Assembly (NCBI GenBank): GCA_902793435.1
Contig: CADBDF010000002.1
Location: forward strand, 71,623-135,622
Length of the DNA: 64,000 nucleotides
Reading direction: 5' to 3'
Source: an uncultured Pseudomonadota bacterium
GTDB lineage: Bacteria > Pseudomonadota > Alphaproteobacteria > Rs-D84
A model generated the notes under the pieces. The model saw only the letters and a list, made by a program, of their open reading frames with translations, did not search any database and was not told where the DNA came from. Below, one piece after another: positions 17,750 to 28,090 of this stretch (position 1 is its first letter; each line of letters starts with the position of its first letter). The position numbers were made by a program, and so were the translations under genes.

Positions 17750-19807
17750 ATGAATCCAGAAGAAATGAACGAAACACCACAACAGGCGATAGAAAAATAT
17801 ACAACCGATTTTACAAAATTGGCAACAGATGGTAAATTGGATCCTGTGATTGGACGCGATGAAGAAATTCGCAGAACTATTCAGGTCTTATCCCGTCGTA
17901 CAAAAAATAACCCTGTGTTGATTGGTAATCCGGGTGTCGGTAAAACCGCTATTGTCGAAGGTTTGGCGGAACGTATCGTGTCGCGCGATATTCCAGAAAA
18001 TTTGCAAGACAAAAAATTATTGTCTTTGGATATGGGGGCATTGATGGCGGGCGCAATGTATCGCGGTCAATTTGAATCGCGATTAAAGGCAATTTTAAAA
18101 GCCGTCAAAGATGCAAATGGAAAAATAATTTTGTTCATTGATGAATTGCACACTATGGTTGGCGCCGGTAAAGGCGAGGGTTCCATGGACGCAGGCAATT
18201 TATTAAAACCTATGTTGGCGCGTGGTGAATTGCATTGTTTGGGTGCAACCACGTTGGACGAATATCGCCAATATATTGAAAAAGATCCGGCTTTGGCACG
18301 ACGCTTTCAACCGGTATATGTCGAAGAACCGACTGTCGAAGATACAATTTCTATATTGCGTGGATTAAAAGAAAAATACGAAGGTCATCATGGTGTGCGT
18401 ATTGCGGATTCGGCTTTGGTGGCGGCGGTAAAATTGTCTAATCGTTATATCACTGACAGATTCTTGCCAGATAAAGCAATCGATTTAATTGACGAGGCTG
18501 CCGCGCGTGTGCGTATTGAAATATCGTCAAAGCCTGATGAGTTGGACGAGGTCGATAGAAAATTACAACAATTAAAAATTGAACAACAGGCATTGAAAAA
18601 AGAAAAAGATGAAGAATCCGCGCGTCGTTTGGTTGAATTGGAATCGTTGATTAAAAAAACAGAAGAAGAATCGAAATCTTTGACTGAAAAATGGCGTGCC
18701 GAACAAGAAAAAATGCATGGGTTGTCTGATGCAATGGCTGCGTTGGATGCTGCCAAGGCCGAGGTTGCAACGGCGGTACGAACCGGTGATTATGAAAAAG
18801 CGTCTGCGTTGCAATATGGCAAGATTCCGGAACTGACCGAAAAAATTAAAAAAATGAATACCGATGCGCGTGAATATAAAACTGTTTTGCCTGAACATAT
18901 TGCGGCAGTGGTCAGTAAATGGACAGGTGTGCCGGCAGACAGATTGTCTATCGAAGAACAATCTAAACTGTTAAATATCGAAGATGAATTAAAAAAGCGT
19001 GTTGTCGGTCAAGACGAGGCTTTAAATGTTATTGCGCGTGCAATTCGTCGCAGTCGTGCGGGACTTTCTGACCCGCGCAAGCCATCGGGCAGTTTCATGT
19101 TTTTGGGACCGACTGGCGTGGGTAAAACCGAGGTTGCCAAGGCTTTGGCGGAATATTTGTTTAATGATGATACCGCCATGACGCGAATAGATATGAGTGA
19201 ATATATGGAACCACACTCGGTTGCGCGTTTGATTGGTGCGCCCCCGGGGTATGTTGGTTATGATGCGGGCGGGGTGCTGACGGAATCTGTGCGTCGTCGT
19301 CCGTACCAGGTGTTATTGTTTGATGAAATTGAAAAGGCACACCCAGATGTGTTTAATGTATTCTTGCAAATTCTGGACGATGGTCGTTTAACAGATGGTC
19401 AAGGTCATGTTGTCAATTTCACCAATACCATTATTATAATGACCAGTAATTTGCCAAGTATGGACGCGGTCAAGACACATTTTCGTCCTGAATTTATAAA
19501 TCGTATTGATGAAATTTTGTTCTTTAATCCATTGGGCAAAGATGTTATGTCGGGCATCGTCAAAATCCAATTGCGCAATTTGAGCAAACGATTGGCAGAA
19601 CGTAATATTACATTGGACGTGACGGAACCTGCAATAAAATGGTTGGCGACCAATGGATATGACGAAGCGTTCGGTGCGCGTCCGTTGAAACGGTTAATTA
19701 CATCGGCGGTCGAAGATAAAATTGCTGATTTAATTTTGTCTGGTGGTATAACCGATGGTGCGACGGTATATGTTGATGTTCATGGAAATGAATTAACTGT
19801 AAAATAA
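17750..19807 (+). CDS. clpB: ClpB disaggregase lacking the N-terminal domain (corresponds to the short ClpB isoform)
   Basis: [46 protein letters not shown] is present, along with two AAA modules, a coiled-coil middle domain and GARPLKR. The protein is 685 aa and begins at the position equivalent to the internal start of E. coli ClpB. Confidence 0.9.
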   Translation: MNPEEMNETPQQAIEKYTTDFTKLATDGKLDPVIGRDEEIRRTIQVLSRRTKNNPVLIGNPGVGKTAIVEGLAERIVSRDIPENLQDKKLLSLDMGALMAGAMYRGQFESRLKAILKAVKDANGKIILFIDELHTMVGAGKGEGSMDAGNLLKPMLARGELHCLGATTLDEYRQYIEKDPALARRFQPVYVEEPTVEDTISILRGLKEKYEGHHGVRIADSALVAAVKLSNRYITDRFLPDKAIDLIDEAAARVRIEISSKPDELDEVDRKLQQLKIEQQALKKEKDEESARRLVELESLIKKTEEESKSLTEKWRAEQEKMHGLSDAMAALDAAKAEVATAVRTGDYEKASALQYGKIPELTEKIKKMNTDAREYKTVLPEHIAAVVSKWTGVPADRLSIEEQSKLLNIEDELKKRVVGQDEALNVIARAIRRSRAGLSDPRKPSGSFMFLGPTGVGKTEVAKALAEYLFNDDTAMTRIDMSEYMEPHSVARLIGAPPGYVGYDAGGVLTESVRRRPYQVLLFDEIEKAHPDVFNVFLQILDDGRLTDGQGHVVNFTNTIIIMTSNLPSMDAVKTHFRPEFINRIDEILFFNPLGKDVMSGIVKIQLRNLSKRLAERNITLDVTEPAIKWLATNGYDEAFGARPLKRLITSAVEDKIADLILSGGITDGATVYVDVHGNELTVK

Positions 19808-19809
19808 AA

Positions 19810-19832
19810 ATCGGGGTAAAACCCCGGTTTTT
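19810..19832. terminator. Bidirectional intrinsic terminator
   Basis: The sequence cgggg-taaaa-ccccg has flanking A- and T-runs. Confidence 0.6.
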
Positions 19833-20337
19833 ATTTATGTTTTTGTGGAACCTGGATTCCTTTGATTTGGGCGACATATGTGCCCCATTTTTCTAAAGTA
19901 TCTAGATTTTGTGTTGTTTTTCCAGGGTTTTGAATTGTAATATTAAACGTGTCTTCAATTTTTGTCATAAAATTCAATAAACCAAATGCTGTAATATTTG
20001 GATTGTGTGTTGCGTAAATATTTACGTTTTGTTTGATGTGTGGTATGTTGAATTCAGTCTTGAATATCTGGGTGATTTTGGTCTTGATTTTGGTGTATGG
20101 TTTAATGTATTCATGAATAATTTGTGCTAATTCTGTTGCGTTATTTGCAAAATATGGACTGACATCGCCGTATGGAATTTCCACACCAAAAGATTTTACA
20201 GTCCCAGCAACAGCCGTTTGGCGACCAAACCAATTGTGTGGAAATATGGTTTGAAATGATGTTTGTGGTGTTAAATTTAATCCATATTGTTTGTTTAATG
20301 TTGTTGTGCATCGTTTTGTAATTTGTTTTTCGTTCAT
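19831..20337 (-). CDS. Hypothetical protein
   Basis: This is a 168-aa ORF with no competing frame. I recognise no family. Confidence 0.5.
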   Translation of the reverse strand: MNEKQITKRCTTTLNKQYGLNLTPQTSFQTIFPHNWFGRQTAVAGTVKSFGVEIPYGDVSPYFANNATELAQIIHEYIKPYTKIKTKITQIFKTEFNIPHIKQNVNIYATHNPNITAFGLLNFMTKIEDTFNITIQNPGKTTQNLDTLEKWGTYVAQIKGIQVPQKHK

Positions 20338-20431
20338 TATTTTGCCTTTTGTTTATTTAATAGTATATTTTCAATTTTGTTTTGCTTGGATTATATCTGT
20401 TTAGAACGGATAATCAAGTCTGGATATGTTT

Positions 20432-21229
20432 TTATTTTTCGCGCTGTTGTTTTAAAATTTGCACAGGTAAATCAGATAAATCTTTGTTGAAATTATGACC
20501 GCCTTGGACAATTATAGACGATATATGTTCGTTTGCCGCGGGAATAACAAATTTTGAAAATGTGTTGTTTGCAGGTGCGGTTTTATCTGTTTTGCCACTG
20601 ATAAGATATAATGGAAATTTATATTTAGACATCAGTTTTGGTTCAATTAAATTTGTCGCATCAAATAATTTTTGTGTAAAAGGTATAATGTTTTGCAATC
20701 TGGTTGCCATATCATTGTGGTTGGTTTTGATTGACAATTTTATCAGTGTGTTAATGATGTCTGGATTTGTTGGATACGGCGCCAACAGTATTGCCGACCC
20801 CACAGGTGGCTGGTGACCAGATTTAATACAATTGTTAAAGTGTATAGTTAATGGAATTGTTGGTGTGGAATGTGCAATAATGTGCGCTTTGTTGTCTTGG
20901 GTTGCGTATAATAATTCTTTCATACAGGTATCATACAGTTCTTGCAATTCGCTGTATTCATAATTTTGTTCGTTTTTTTGTTCCAATAATTCCAATTTGT
21001 TTATAAATGTTTTGACAACTGCAATACGGCATTTGTGATTTAATCCCCATGCAAAAACATCTGTTAATAACCGGTGTGTTTCGACGGTTTCTGCAAATCC
21101 AGAAAACAAAGCAAGTGTATGCCGCGGTTTTTGTGTTTGTTTGTATATGTCAATCTGGGCATCGCCATGCAATATGTCGATGGATTGATAAGGTGTTATA
21201 TTAATGTTATACGGTTCTGTTAGTATCAT
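20432..21229 (-). CDS. Possible alpha/beta-hydrolase-fold protein
   Basis: It has a nucleophile-elbow-like IIAHSTP, then ISGKTDKTAP and GGHNF, in the order expected for a Ser-Asp-His fold. The support is weak. Confidence 0.45.
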   Translation of the reverse strand: MILTEPYNINITPYQSIDILHGDAQIDIYKQTQKPRHTLALFSGFAETVETHRLLTDVFAWGLNHKCRIAVVKTFINKLELLEQKNEQNYEYSELQELYDTCMKELLYATQDNKAHIIAHSTPTIPLTIHFNNCIKSGHQPPVGSAILLAPYPTNPDIINTLIKLSIKTNHNDMATRLQNIIPFTQKLFDATNLIEPKLMSKYKFPLYLISGKTDKTAPANNTFSKFVIPAANEHISSIIVQGGHNFNKDLSDLPVQILKQQREK

Positions 21230-21366
21230 AATTTACAATTTTTTTGTCGAAAAGATTATATGTCAAAAAAATGGTGTTGTCAATGTTTGTGGGTATTTTT
21301 TATTTGACATATGCAAAATAAATGTATAAAATATGTGGGCTTTCAGTTTGAAAGTCGCAAAGTTCT

Positions 21367-21442
21367 GGGGTCATAGCTCAGTTGGTAGAGCACCTGCTTT
21401 GCAAGCAGGGGGTCGTCAGTTCGAGTCTGATTGGCTCCACCA
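21367..21442 (+). tRNA. tRNA-Ala (anticodon TGC), CCA encoded
   Basis: The cloverleaf has acceptor GGGGTCA/TGGCTCC with a G3:U70 pair, anticodon loop TTTGCAA and T-loop TTCGAGT. Confidence 0.95.
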
Positions 21443-21490
21443 AAAATTTGAACAGGTTAATACAAAATTCGCCAAAGGGGGTGAATATAT

Positions 21491-21697
21491 ATGGTAAAGG
21501 TTTTGGTGCGTGATAATAACGTTGAACAGGCTTTGCGTGTTGCAAAACGCAAATCACAAAAAGAAGGTCTGTATCGTGAAATGAAAGAACGCCAACGTTA
21601 TGAAAAACCAACAACAAAACGCAAACGCAAGGCAGAAGAGGCTGTGCGTAATGAGAAAAAGCGTCAGTCAAAACAACGCATGGTGTTTGGATTTTAA
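21491..21697 (+). CDS. rpsU: 30S ribosomal protein S21
   Basis: [47 protein letters not shown] matches S21. Confidence 0.9.
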   Translation: MVKVLVRDNNVEQALRVAKRKSQKEGLYREMKERQRYEKPTTKRKRKAEEAVRNEKKRQSKQRMVFGF

Positions 21698-21776
21698 ATA
21701 AAGTTGCGTTTTGTTTTGAAATTACAGTTTTGCCACCAATGTATTTTGGTGGCTTTTTAAACGAAATGGTATTTAT

Positions 21777-22196
21777 ATGAAAAAAGAATTAAGTATTGAA
21801 CAAATGGCAACTGTATTATTTATGTTGTGTTCAGATGTTCAATTATTAAAAACTCGTGACGGTTGTTTTTATTATTTTCGACCGCGTGTTTTGTCCAATA
21901 TTCAGGCAATTCAATATGTACTGCGTCAAAATGGTGTGGTGGCAAATCGACATCGTTCGCATTACTATAATGCGGAATTTGGTAATACAGATTTAATTGT
22001 GCGTGTGCCAAAATTAAAATTTGATTCATGTGCCAATCCTGAATTTAAGCAGGCATTTGAAAAAATGTATTCTAATCGCACCGAATTTATGTTGGGGTTG
22101 CCAATGCAGTTGGATAATGTTGGTAATATGTTTTGGGCAAAAACAAAGTCTGGCAAGATAAAGGTTTTAACAAATATTGTGGAACGTCACAGATAG
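21777..22196 (+). CDS. Hypothetical protein
   Basis: This is a 139-aa ORF. I recognise no family. Confidence 0.45.
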   Translation: MKKELSIEQMATVLFMLCSDVQLLKTRDGCFYYFRPRVLSNIQAIQYVLRQNGVVANRHRSHYYNAEFGNTDLIVRVPKLKFDSCANPEFKQAFEKMYSNRTEFMLGLPMQLDNVGNMFWAKTKSGKIKVLTNIVERHR

Positions 22197-22219
22197 TGTT
22201 TTTAAAATTGTTTTTTTTG

Positions 22220-22228
22220 TGATATAAT
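22220..22228 (+). promoter_or_regulatory. Extended -10 promoter element (TGaTATAAT)
   Basis: The sequence tgtgatataat overlaps the first listed ATG (22230), which argues for the ATG at 22251 as the start. Confidence 0.4.
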
Positions 22229-22250
22229 TATGGTCATAGAGAGAATTTTT

Positions 22251-24215
22251 ATGACCATTTTTCGTGCAATTTTTTGTGGTGTGTTTTGTGCGGTGGCGTT
22301 TTGCGGTGCATCGTTTGGTACGGAGCAGCCATGTGGGCCATATTTGGCAAGAGATATAGTAACATATAAATCAGGTGATGTTAGTGAATACTTAAAATAC
22401 GACTGTGTGTCTGATAATGCACATTGGATGATATCGGGAACACCATTAGAGTGGGCCGTAGGTGGTTTTGAGAATATTCATGATAACTACGCGGCTGTAA
22501 AGGCTTTTTTAGATGCAAAACCAGATTTGGCGAATTCTGTGGATTGGAATCATGATCATGTCACTATGTTGGCGATTGCTGTTCGTGGGTGTTGTAATGA
22601 TGAAGAGGCGCTTAATAAACCAAAAATAGTTGAAGAATTGCTGAAACATGGTGCGGAAGTTAATAAGGTGTTGGATAATAGAAAACTTGATAATGGTAGT
22701 TGGAGTAGTGTTATAGGTATGGATGACACAAAAAGAAAAGTGACGGCTTTGGATGTTGTTAGGGCATATATGGGCACCGCAGATAGTTGCAAATCATACG
22801 GTAGTAAGCATTGTAAAACAATAGAGTCAATTTTGTTGCAACATGGTGCGAAAACATATGCGGAATTAAATGGCGAAACCACATCGTCAAATCAAGTTGT
22901 TGTGCATCAAGATACCCCAGAGGTTATAAATACAACGGCGAAATCCAGAACAGTAGAAATTGGTGGAATAATTTTAGATTATAAAACTGGAGAACCTGTG
23001 CCGTATGCAAATATTGTGTTAGTAAATCCTGATGGATCAACGATATCAAATGCAGGATGTCAAACAGATAGTGATGGTAAATTTTCTGGAAAATTTAATA
23101 ATATTCCAAAAAATGCTATGATGCGTGTGAGTTTTGTTGGTTATCACACATTGACTTTATCGCCCAGTTCAAATTTACAAATAAAATTGCAACCGACAGC
23201 AACTGCGCCGCAAGAAGTTAGTGTTGTTGATGATAATGATACTGCTTTGGGGGCGACAAGTGAGACATCTGGAAAAGATGCGGAACAAAACTCTGCGCCA
23301 GAAAGTGCGCAATCACAAAATGTAAAACCAACAGATAATTCCAAACAAATTGCGGATGCAGAAAAAGCATACAATGATGCGCGGGAACGTGAAAATTCAT
23401 TAGAAAATCGTATGTTGGGTGGGCTGACTATGGCGGCGACCGGGATTGGCGGTATGCAGTTGGCGCAAGGTTTGGCGGAACAAAATGCAGATAAAAAAGC
23501 CGAGCAAGATATGGCGGCATATTTGGCGACTTTCCAATGCAAAGTTGGTGATAATGGTGGGCGGTCTTATTCGGGTGGTGAAATGGGTATAGAGGTCGCC
23601 GGCACAAATCAATTAACTGGTTTATATCAACAATATGTCGATTTGGCGGCGAGTTTAAAAAAACGCAAAACTGCATTGGGTATGGCGCCGGGTATAGAAT
23701 CCCAAGTCATAATGGACAAGGCAAACATGGGGTTATATGATGCAACCGGTGGCAAAGGTATTGAAAATGGAACATACGCGTCGCTGTATCGTGCATCGCG
23801 TGGAAATGAAACGGATGCAAACAAATTGGCCGACCAACAAAATACATCGGCAACCAGGGTCAAAGGTGGTGCAATCGCCGCGGGTGTGGGTGCCATTGGC
23901 GGCGCGATTGGAAATAGTGCGATAAATGGAAAAATTGCTGATTTAATCAAAGATGCAAAAACTAAAAATGCAAATAACAAAGACAACAAAGCTGCAATAG
24001 AAGAATTTAAAAAAGGTTTAACATCGGCTGGGTTTAAAAATGTTAATAAACTGGATTTTTCATCGTTGGATATTAGTGGTTTAAAAGGCAAATTGTCTGG
24101 TATCGATTGGAGTGGTTTAACCAATAAATTTGCTGGTCAAGATGTGACACAGGTTTTGAATACAACAAACGCATCAAGTTTTTCGAGTTCTTTGACAAGA
24201 TTGTTGGGTCAGTAA
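22251..24215 (+). CDS. Exported multi-domain protein: ankyrin repeats, a CarboxypepD_reg-like beta-sandwich, and a glycine-zipper / Cys-Lys-Val-Gly-Asp module
   Basis: The signal peptide is MTIFRAIFCGVFCAVAFCGASFG. The ankyrin-like segment is IVEELLKHGAEVNKVLD...TALDVV...ILLQHGAKT. IGGIILDYKTGEPVPYANIVLVNPDGS...TDSDGKFSG...VSFVGYHT is typical of the carboxypeptidase-regulatory-like domain. FQCKVGDNGG and GGAIAAGVGAIGGAIG are also present. Confidence 0.7.
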   Translation: MTIFRAIFCGVFCAVAFCGASFGTEQPCGPYLARDIVTYKSGDVSEYLKYDCVSDNAHWMISGTPLEWAVGGFENIHDNYAAVKAFLDAKPDLANSVDWNHDHVTMLAIAVRGCCNDEEALNKPKIVEELLKHGAEVNKVLDNRKLDNGSWSSVIGMDDTKRKVTALDVVRAYMGTADSCKSYGSKHCKTIESILLQHGAKTYAELNGETTSSNQVVVHQDTPEVINTTAKSRTVEIGGIILDYKTGEPVPYANIVLVNPDGSTISNAGCQTDSDGKFSGKFNNIPKNAMMRVSFVGYHTLTLSPSSNLQIKLQPTATAPQEVSVVDDNDTALGATSETSGKDAEQNSAPESAQSQNVKPTDNSKQIADAEKAYNDARERENSLENRMLGGLTMAATGIGGMQLAQGLAEQNADKKAEQDMAAYLATFQCKVGDNGGRSYSGGEMGIEVAGTNQLTGLYQQYVDLAASLKKRKTALGMAPGIESQVIMDKANMGLYDATGGKGIENGTYASLYRASRGNETDANKLADQQNTSATRVKGGAIAAGVGAIGGAIGNSAINGKIADLIKDAKTKNANNKDNKAAIEEFKKGLTSAGFKNVNKLDFSSLDISGLKGKLSGIDWSGLTNKFAGQDVTQVLNTTNASSFSSSLTRLLGQ

Positions 24216-24247
24216 AAAAAACTCCGTCATTTTCGACGGAGTTTTTA
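24215..24247. terminator. Bidirectional intrinsic terminator
   Basis: The stem actccgtc/gacggagt has flanking A- and T-runs. Confidence 0.7.
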
Positions 24248-24258
24248 TTTTTGCTTTT

Positions 24259-25500
24259 TTATTTTGACAATTTGTGGATGACCAAACCACTGCGTAATTT
24301 TGGTTCAAACCATGTTGTCTTTGGTGGCATGATATTGCCTGTGTCTGCAATGTTAATAATTTGATTCATTGTGACCGGATACAGTGCAAATGCCGCAACC
24401 ATTTCACCGGAATCAACGCGTTTTTGTAATTCGCCCAATCCACGAATTCCACCAACAAAATCAATTCTGTTTGATGTACGCAAATCGCCCAAGTTCAAAA
24501 TTTTATCAAATACCAAGTTTGATAAAACCGTCACATCCAAAACACCGATTGGGTCGTTGTCGTTGTATGTGCCAGGTTTCGCCGTCAAAGAATACCAATG
24601 GCCATTTAAATACATACCAAAGTTGTGTAATGCGTTTGGTTTGTAAATGTCGGTGCCCATGTCTTTGACATCAAAAGATTTTTCCAATTCAGCAATGAAT
24701 TGTTCGGGTGTTAAACCGTTTAAATCTTTGACAACGCGGTTGTAATCAATAACATGTAATTGTGACGCTGGGAAAATCACAGCCAAGAAATAATTGTATT
24801 CTTCATTGCCTGTGTGATTTGGATTGTTGTCGCGTTTTTCGGCACCCACGCGTGCAGCGGCGGCTGTTCTGTGGTGACCATCGGCAACATACATTGCAGG
24901 AATGTTTTTGAATATTTCGGTAATGCGTGCATTTGTTGCGTCATCATCAATTTTCCAGAAAGTGTGACCGAAACCGTCCTCTGCCACAAAGTCGTATTCT
25001 GGTGCGTGATTGCGAATCCAATCGGCGACCAATGTATTCATTTCATCGACGTCCGGATATGCAAAGAATACAGGTTCCAAATTCGCGTCTTGGATACGAA
25101 CGTGAATCATACGGTCGTCTTCTTTTTCTTTGCGTGTTAATTCGTGTTTTTTAATTTTGCCAGACATATAATCATCAACATTTGCGGCGGCAACCAATCC
25201 ATATTGTGTGCGACCGTTCATTGTTTGTGCATAGATGTAATACATTTCCTTGTCATCTTGTTTTAACCAACCGCGTGATTGCCACAATTTGAAATTTTCA
25301 ACGGCTTTGTCGTATGTTCTTTGTTCGTGTTCGCCAGCGATAGGGTCAAAATCGATTTCTGGTTTAATAATGTGCAATAAAGATTTTTCACCAGCCTCGG
25401 CCTTGGCTTCGACAGAGTTTAAAACGTCATATGGACGGGAAGCCACTTCGGCTGCCAAATCTTTTGGTGGGCGAACACCTGCAAATGGTTTAATTTTCAT
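24259..25500 (-). CDS. DUF1015 family protein
   Basis: MKIKPFAGVRPPKDLAAEVASRPYDVLNS and VADGHHRTAAA are typical of DUF1015. Confidence 0.75.
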   Translation of the reverse strand: MKIKPFAGVRPPKDLAAEVASRPYDVLNSVEAKAEAGEKSLLHIIKPEIDFDPIAGEHEQRTYDKAVENFKLWQSRGWLKQDDKEMYYIYAQTMNGRTQYGLVAAANVDDYMSGKIKKHELTRKEKEDDRMIHVRIQDANLEPVFFAYPDVDEMNTLVADWIRNHAPEYDFVAEDGFGHTFWKIDDDATNARITEIFKNIPAMYVADGHHRTAAAARVGAEKRDNNPNHTGNEEYNYFLAVIFPASQLHVIDYNRVVKDLNGLTPEQFIAELEKSFDVKDMGTDIYKPNALHNFGMYLNGHWYSLTAKPGTYNDNDPIGVLDVTVLSNLVFDKILNLGDLRTSNRIDFVGGIRGLGELQKRVDSGEMVAAFALYPVTMNQIINIADTGNIMPPKTTWFEPKLRSGLVIHKLSK

Positions 25501-25511
25501 AATTTACTCCT

Positions 25512-26204
25512 TTATTTTTTTCTGGTAAGTGTGTTAGTTAAAACTTGTTTAAATTGTTTTTTTGCGTTTATATATTTTTCTTGGCGCAATTTTTTCTTTT
25601 CATTACGCATATGTTTATTAAATTCTTTTTTTGTTATAATGCCGTCTTTATACAAAACGTATTTTGTTAACAGTTCAATTTTACCGGTTGGCGCCAATGG
25701 ATGTGTATTATATTCATAAGTGCGCGTATCATTTTTATCATAAATATGAAAATTGGTTTCAATTTTTCCATCTTTTTCGGCATCTGTTTTTACACGGAAC
25801 CAATCTTGACGATCACCCAAAGGACCATATTGAGTAAATGTGTATAAATGTTTTTCTGAATCGTGTGTCCATTGCCCCGGATGCAGTGTAAAATGAGGAA
25901 ATCCAATTTCGTCCGTATAATCTTGATCTAATACTGTCCTAAAATGTCCAATCAAGTTTGGGTGCCATTCCTGGATTCCAAACCATAATATTTTGAATCG
26001 TGCATTGAATTTTTGTTGCAGTCCTTTCAGTTGTTTTATATCAATGTATGCCAATATATCACCGCTTTGATTGCATAGTATTTTTGTTAAATTTGGTGTC
26101 AGTGCCACACCAGCCCAGTATTTAATTGTGTATAACAAGTTGTTATCAGGTGTAGTAATTTTTGAAAAGTCAGTTCTAAATGAGTCTGGATATGTTTTCT
26201 TCAT
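25512..26204 (-). CDS. Hypothetical protein
   Basis: The ATG at 26204 is preceded by RBS aaagga. I recognise no family with confidence. Confidence 0.5.
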   Translation of the reverse strand: MKKTYPDSFRTDFSKITTPDNNLLYTIKYWAGVALTPNLTKILCNQSGDILAYIDIKQLKGLQQKFNARFKILWFGIQEWHPNLIGHFRTVLDQDYTDEIGFPHFTLHPGQWTHDSEKHLYTFTQYGPLGDRQDWFRVKTDAEKDGKIETNFHIYDKNDTRTYEYNTHPLAPTGKIELLTKYVLYKDGIITKKEFNKHMRNEKKKLRQEKYINAKKQFKQVLTNTLTRKK

Positions 26205-26216
26205 CAATAAATCCTT

Positions 26217-26378
26217 TTACATTTGTTCGGAATGAACAATTTGTTGAAGACGTTTTTTAAGGTTAGATTTCAAAGATTTAAAAAAATTTAATACAGAACA
26301 ATTTTTATCTGTGCTGGGCACTGGGGCGGCGTTTTCACCAAATGTATCTTCGTGTGTGCAATAATTTCTTACCGTCAT
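26217..26378 (-). CDS. Small ORF (53 aa) coupled to the downstream gene; not in the supplied track
   Basis: The product is MTVRNYCTHEDTFGENAAPVPSTDKNCSVLNFFKSLKSNLKKRLQQIVHSEQM. Its stop lies 10 nt before the next ATG. Confidence 0.3.
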   Translation of the reverse strand: MTVRNYCTHEDTFGENAAPVPSTDKNCSVLNFFKSLKSNLKKRLQQIVHSEQM

Positions 26379-26442
26379 AATAATCTCTTTTGTCTTTCCT
26401 GGGGAAAATTATAGACCCAGAAAAGACAAAAGGCAAATTTAT

Positions 26443-27516
26443 TTATTGTCCAATTTGGACAGGAATAATCGTCTCTGTTTTGACATCATCCAGGGGACTA
26501 AATTGGAAAGGAACAGTTGCAAAATCTATGGTATTCATATCGATTTTGCGGATTGTGCGGTTATACATTGTGTGGTAATAAATAACCTTGTTTTTCAAAT
26601 CGCTGGCGATTGTCCATTGGGTTGCAGACGGCATTTTAACTGGTTCTTTGCCAGGTGCAAATGCGGTGCCAAATGGTACGTCAAAATTGTTTAATATATG
26701 AAATGCTTGGGATATAGTGTTTGGACCGTCGGGTTGTTCAATTGTCATATTGCTGAAAAATGCGGCGCGAACAAAACGGGACGGCGATGAAAAATCGCCA
26801 GGCAATCCCAATAATCCTGTGCCACCACTGAAAGATTTTAATGTGTCTGGGCCTAATTTCCATGAATCTGCGGTGCCGGATTTCAAGTTTACGTAATTGT
26901 TCAGGTTTGTGTGTTGCCAATCAAAAGATGGTGAATTTGCAATCGCGCCGATTTCGTCGTTATGGAATGTTGGAATGCCATTTATGATTTCTAATACTGC
27001 GACACGACCGTTGGGTTCGGTAATGCGCCAATGTGTTGTTGAGGCACCTGGTTCAACACCTACAATGCGGACGTTGTTTATGTTTTCTTGGATTTCATCG
27101 ATACTGGAAAAAGTTCCCAATATCCATGATACAACCTGCATATCTGACAATGTGATGTCGCGCATGGCTTCGTCATATTTTTGATATTCACCATAATCGG
27201 GGAAATAAAATAATCCGATGTTTAATCCGGTTTCGTTTGTTCCGTCAATTGCGAATTCTGGACGTTCGGCACCCAATGCAACGTATCCGTATTTGGTTGT
27301 GAATTTAATCCCGTTTTGTGTGCCGTCTGGTAGTAAAGATTGCATTTCGTATCCGCGTGGAACAACAATATAAATATTGTTTGTTTCTGCACGTGCCCAA
27401 TCGATTGTGCGACCGGTAATTGTTGCACCATCGCGTGAATGTAAAACGATTCCGGTACAGGCAAATGTTTGATTTGATATTGTGGCAATACATAATGCAA
27501 ATAATAATTTTTTCAT
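26443..27516 (-). CDS. Exported Ntn-hydrolase of the choloylglycine hydrolase / penicillin V acylase family
   Basis: The signal peptide ends ...NQTFA, followed by the nucleophile CTGIVL. The overall length and motifs are family-like. Confidence 0.8.
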   Translation of the reverse strand: MKKLLFALCIATISNQTFACTGIVLHSRDGATITGRTIDWARAETNNIYIVVPRGYEMQSLLPDGTQNGIKFTTKYGYVALGAERPEFAIDGTNETGLNIGLFYFPDYGEYQKYDEAMRDITLSDMQVVSWILGTFSSIDEIQENINNVRIVGVEPGASTTHWRITEPNGRVAVLEIINGIPTFHNDEIGAIANSPSFDWQHTNLNNYVNLKSGTADSWKLGPDTLKSFSGGTGLLGLPGDFSSPSRFVRAAFFSNMTIEQPDGPNTISQAFHILNNFDVPFGTAFAPGKEPVKMPSATQWTIASDLKNKVIYYHTMYNRTIRKIDMNTIDFATVPFQFSPLDDVKTETIIPVQIGQ

Positions 27517-27583
27517 TAAAAAACTCCTTTGATTTATATTATGTCAAATCGCAGGAGTTTTTTTGATAGGTATGATTGCAAAA

Positions 27584-27859
27584 TTAAAAAGTTTTCTGGA
27601 CAAAGCCAAAGAACTTTTTCATCTCTGTCCAAGAATCAAAGAAAAAATTATCTATGAAATTTTTTGCGGGTGCATTATATCCGCGATATCCGCAGTATGT
27701 CGCAAAACATAAAAATAACAGTCCAACCAACACGCGCAACACAATCGATGTATCATTTGCAACACCAAATATAAAACAGCGAATTGCAATGTATAAAAAC
27801 ACAACTGCGAATATATACATTAGAATAGACGAATTTAAAATCATTGATAATGCTTCCAT
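27584..27859 (-). CDS. Small membrane protein, hypothetical
   Basis: The start is set at MEALSMILNSS because the longer listed ORF runs into tRNA-Gln. Two TM helices are present. Confidence 0.4.
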   Translation of the reverse strand: MEALSMILNSSILMYIFAVVFLYIAIRCFIFGVANDTSIVLRVLVGLLFLCFATYCGYRGYNAPAKNFIDNFFFDSWTEMKKFFGFVQKTF

Positions 27860-27981
27860 GGTTTGACCTTTGTTGTTATTGATAATATATGTTATCACGA
27901 AAAAAGGATAAAGACAAAAAGTTTTTGAATTTAAAAAAATATTTGCAAAACGCGCATTATAAATTATAATAGGGCGCATAT

Positions 27982-28055
27982 TGGGGCATAGTTTAATGGT
28001 AGAACATCGGACTCTGACTCCGCTAGTGTTGGTTCGAATCCAGCTGCCCCAACCA
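27982..28055 (+). tRNA. tRNA-Gln (anticodon CTG), CCA encoded
   Basis: The acceptor TGGGGCA/TGCCCCA has a U1:A72 pair, the anticodon loop is CTCTGAC, and the T-loop is TTCGAAT. Length is 74 nt. Confidence 0.9.
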
Positions 28056-28062
28056 AAAATTC

Positions 28063-28090
28063 AACCGCCCAAAGTGGCGGTTTAATTTTT
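28063..28090 (+). terminator. Intrinsic terminator after tRNA-Gln
   Basis: The sequence is accgcc-caaagt-ggcggt followed by tttaattttt. Confidence 0.6.
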
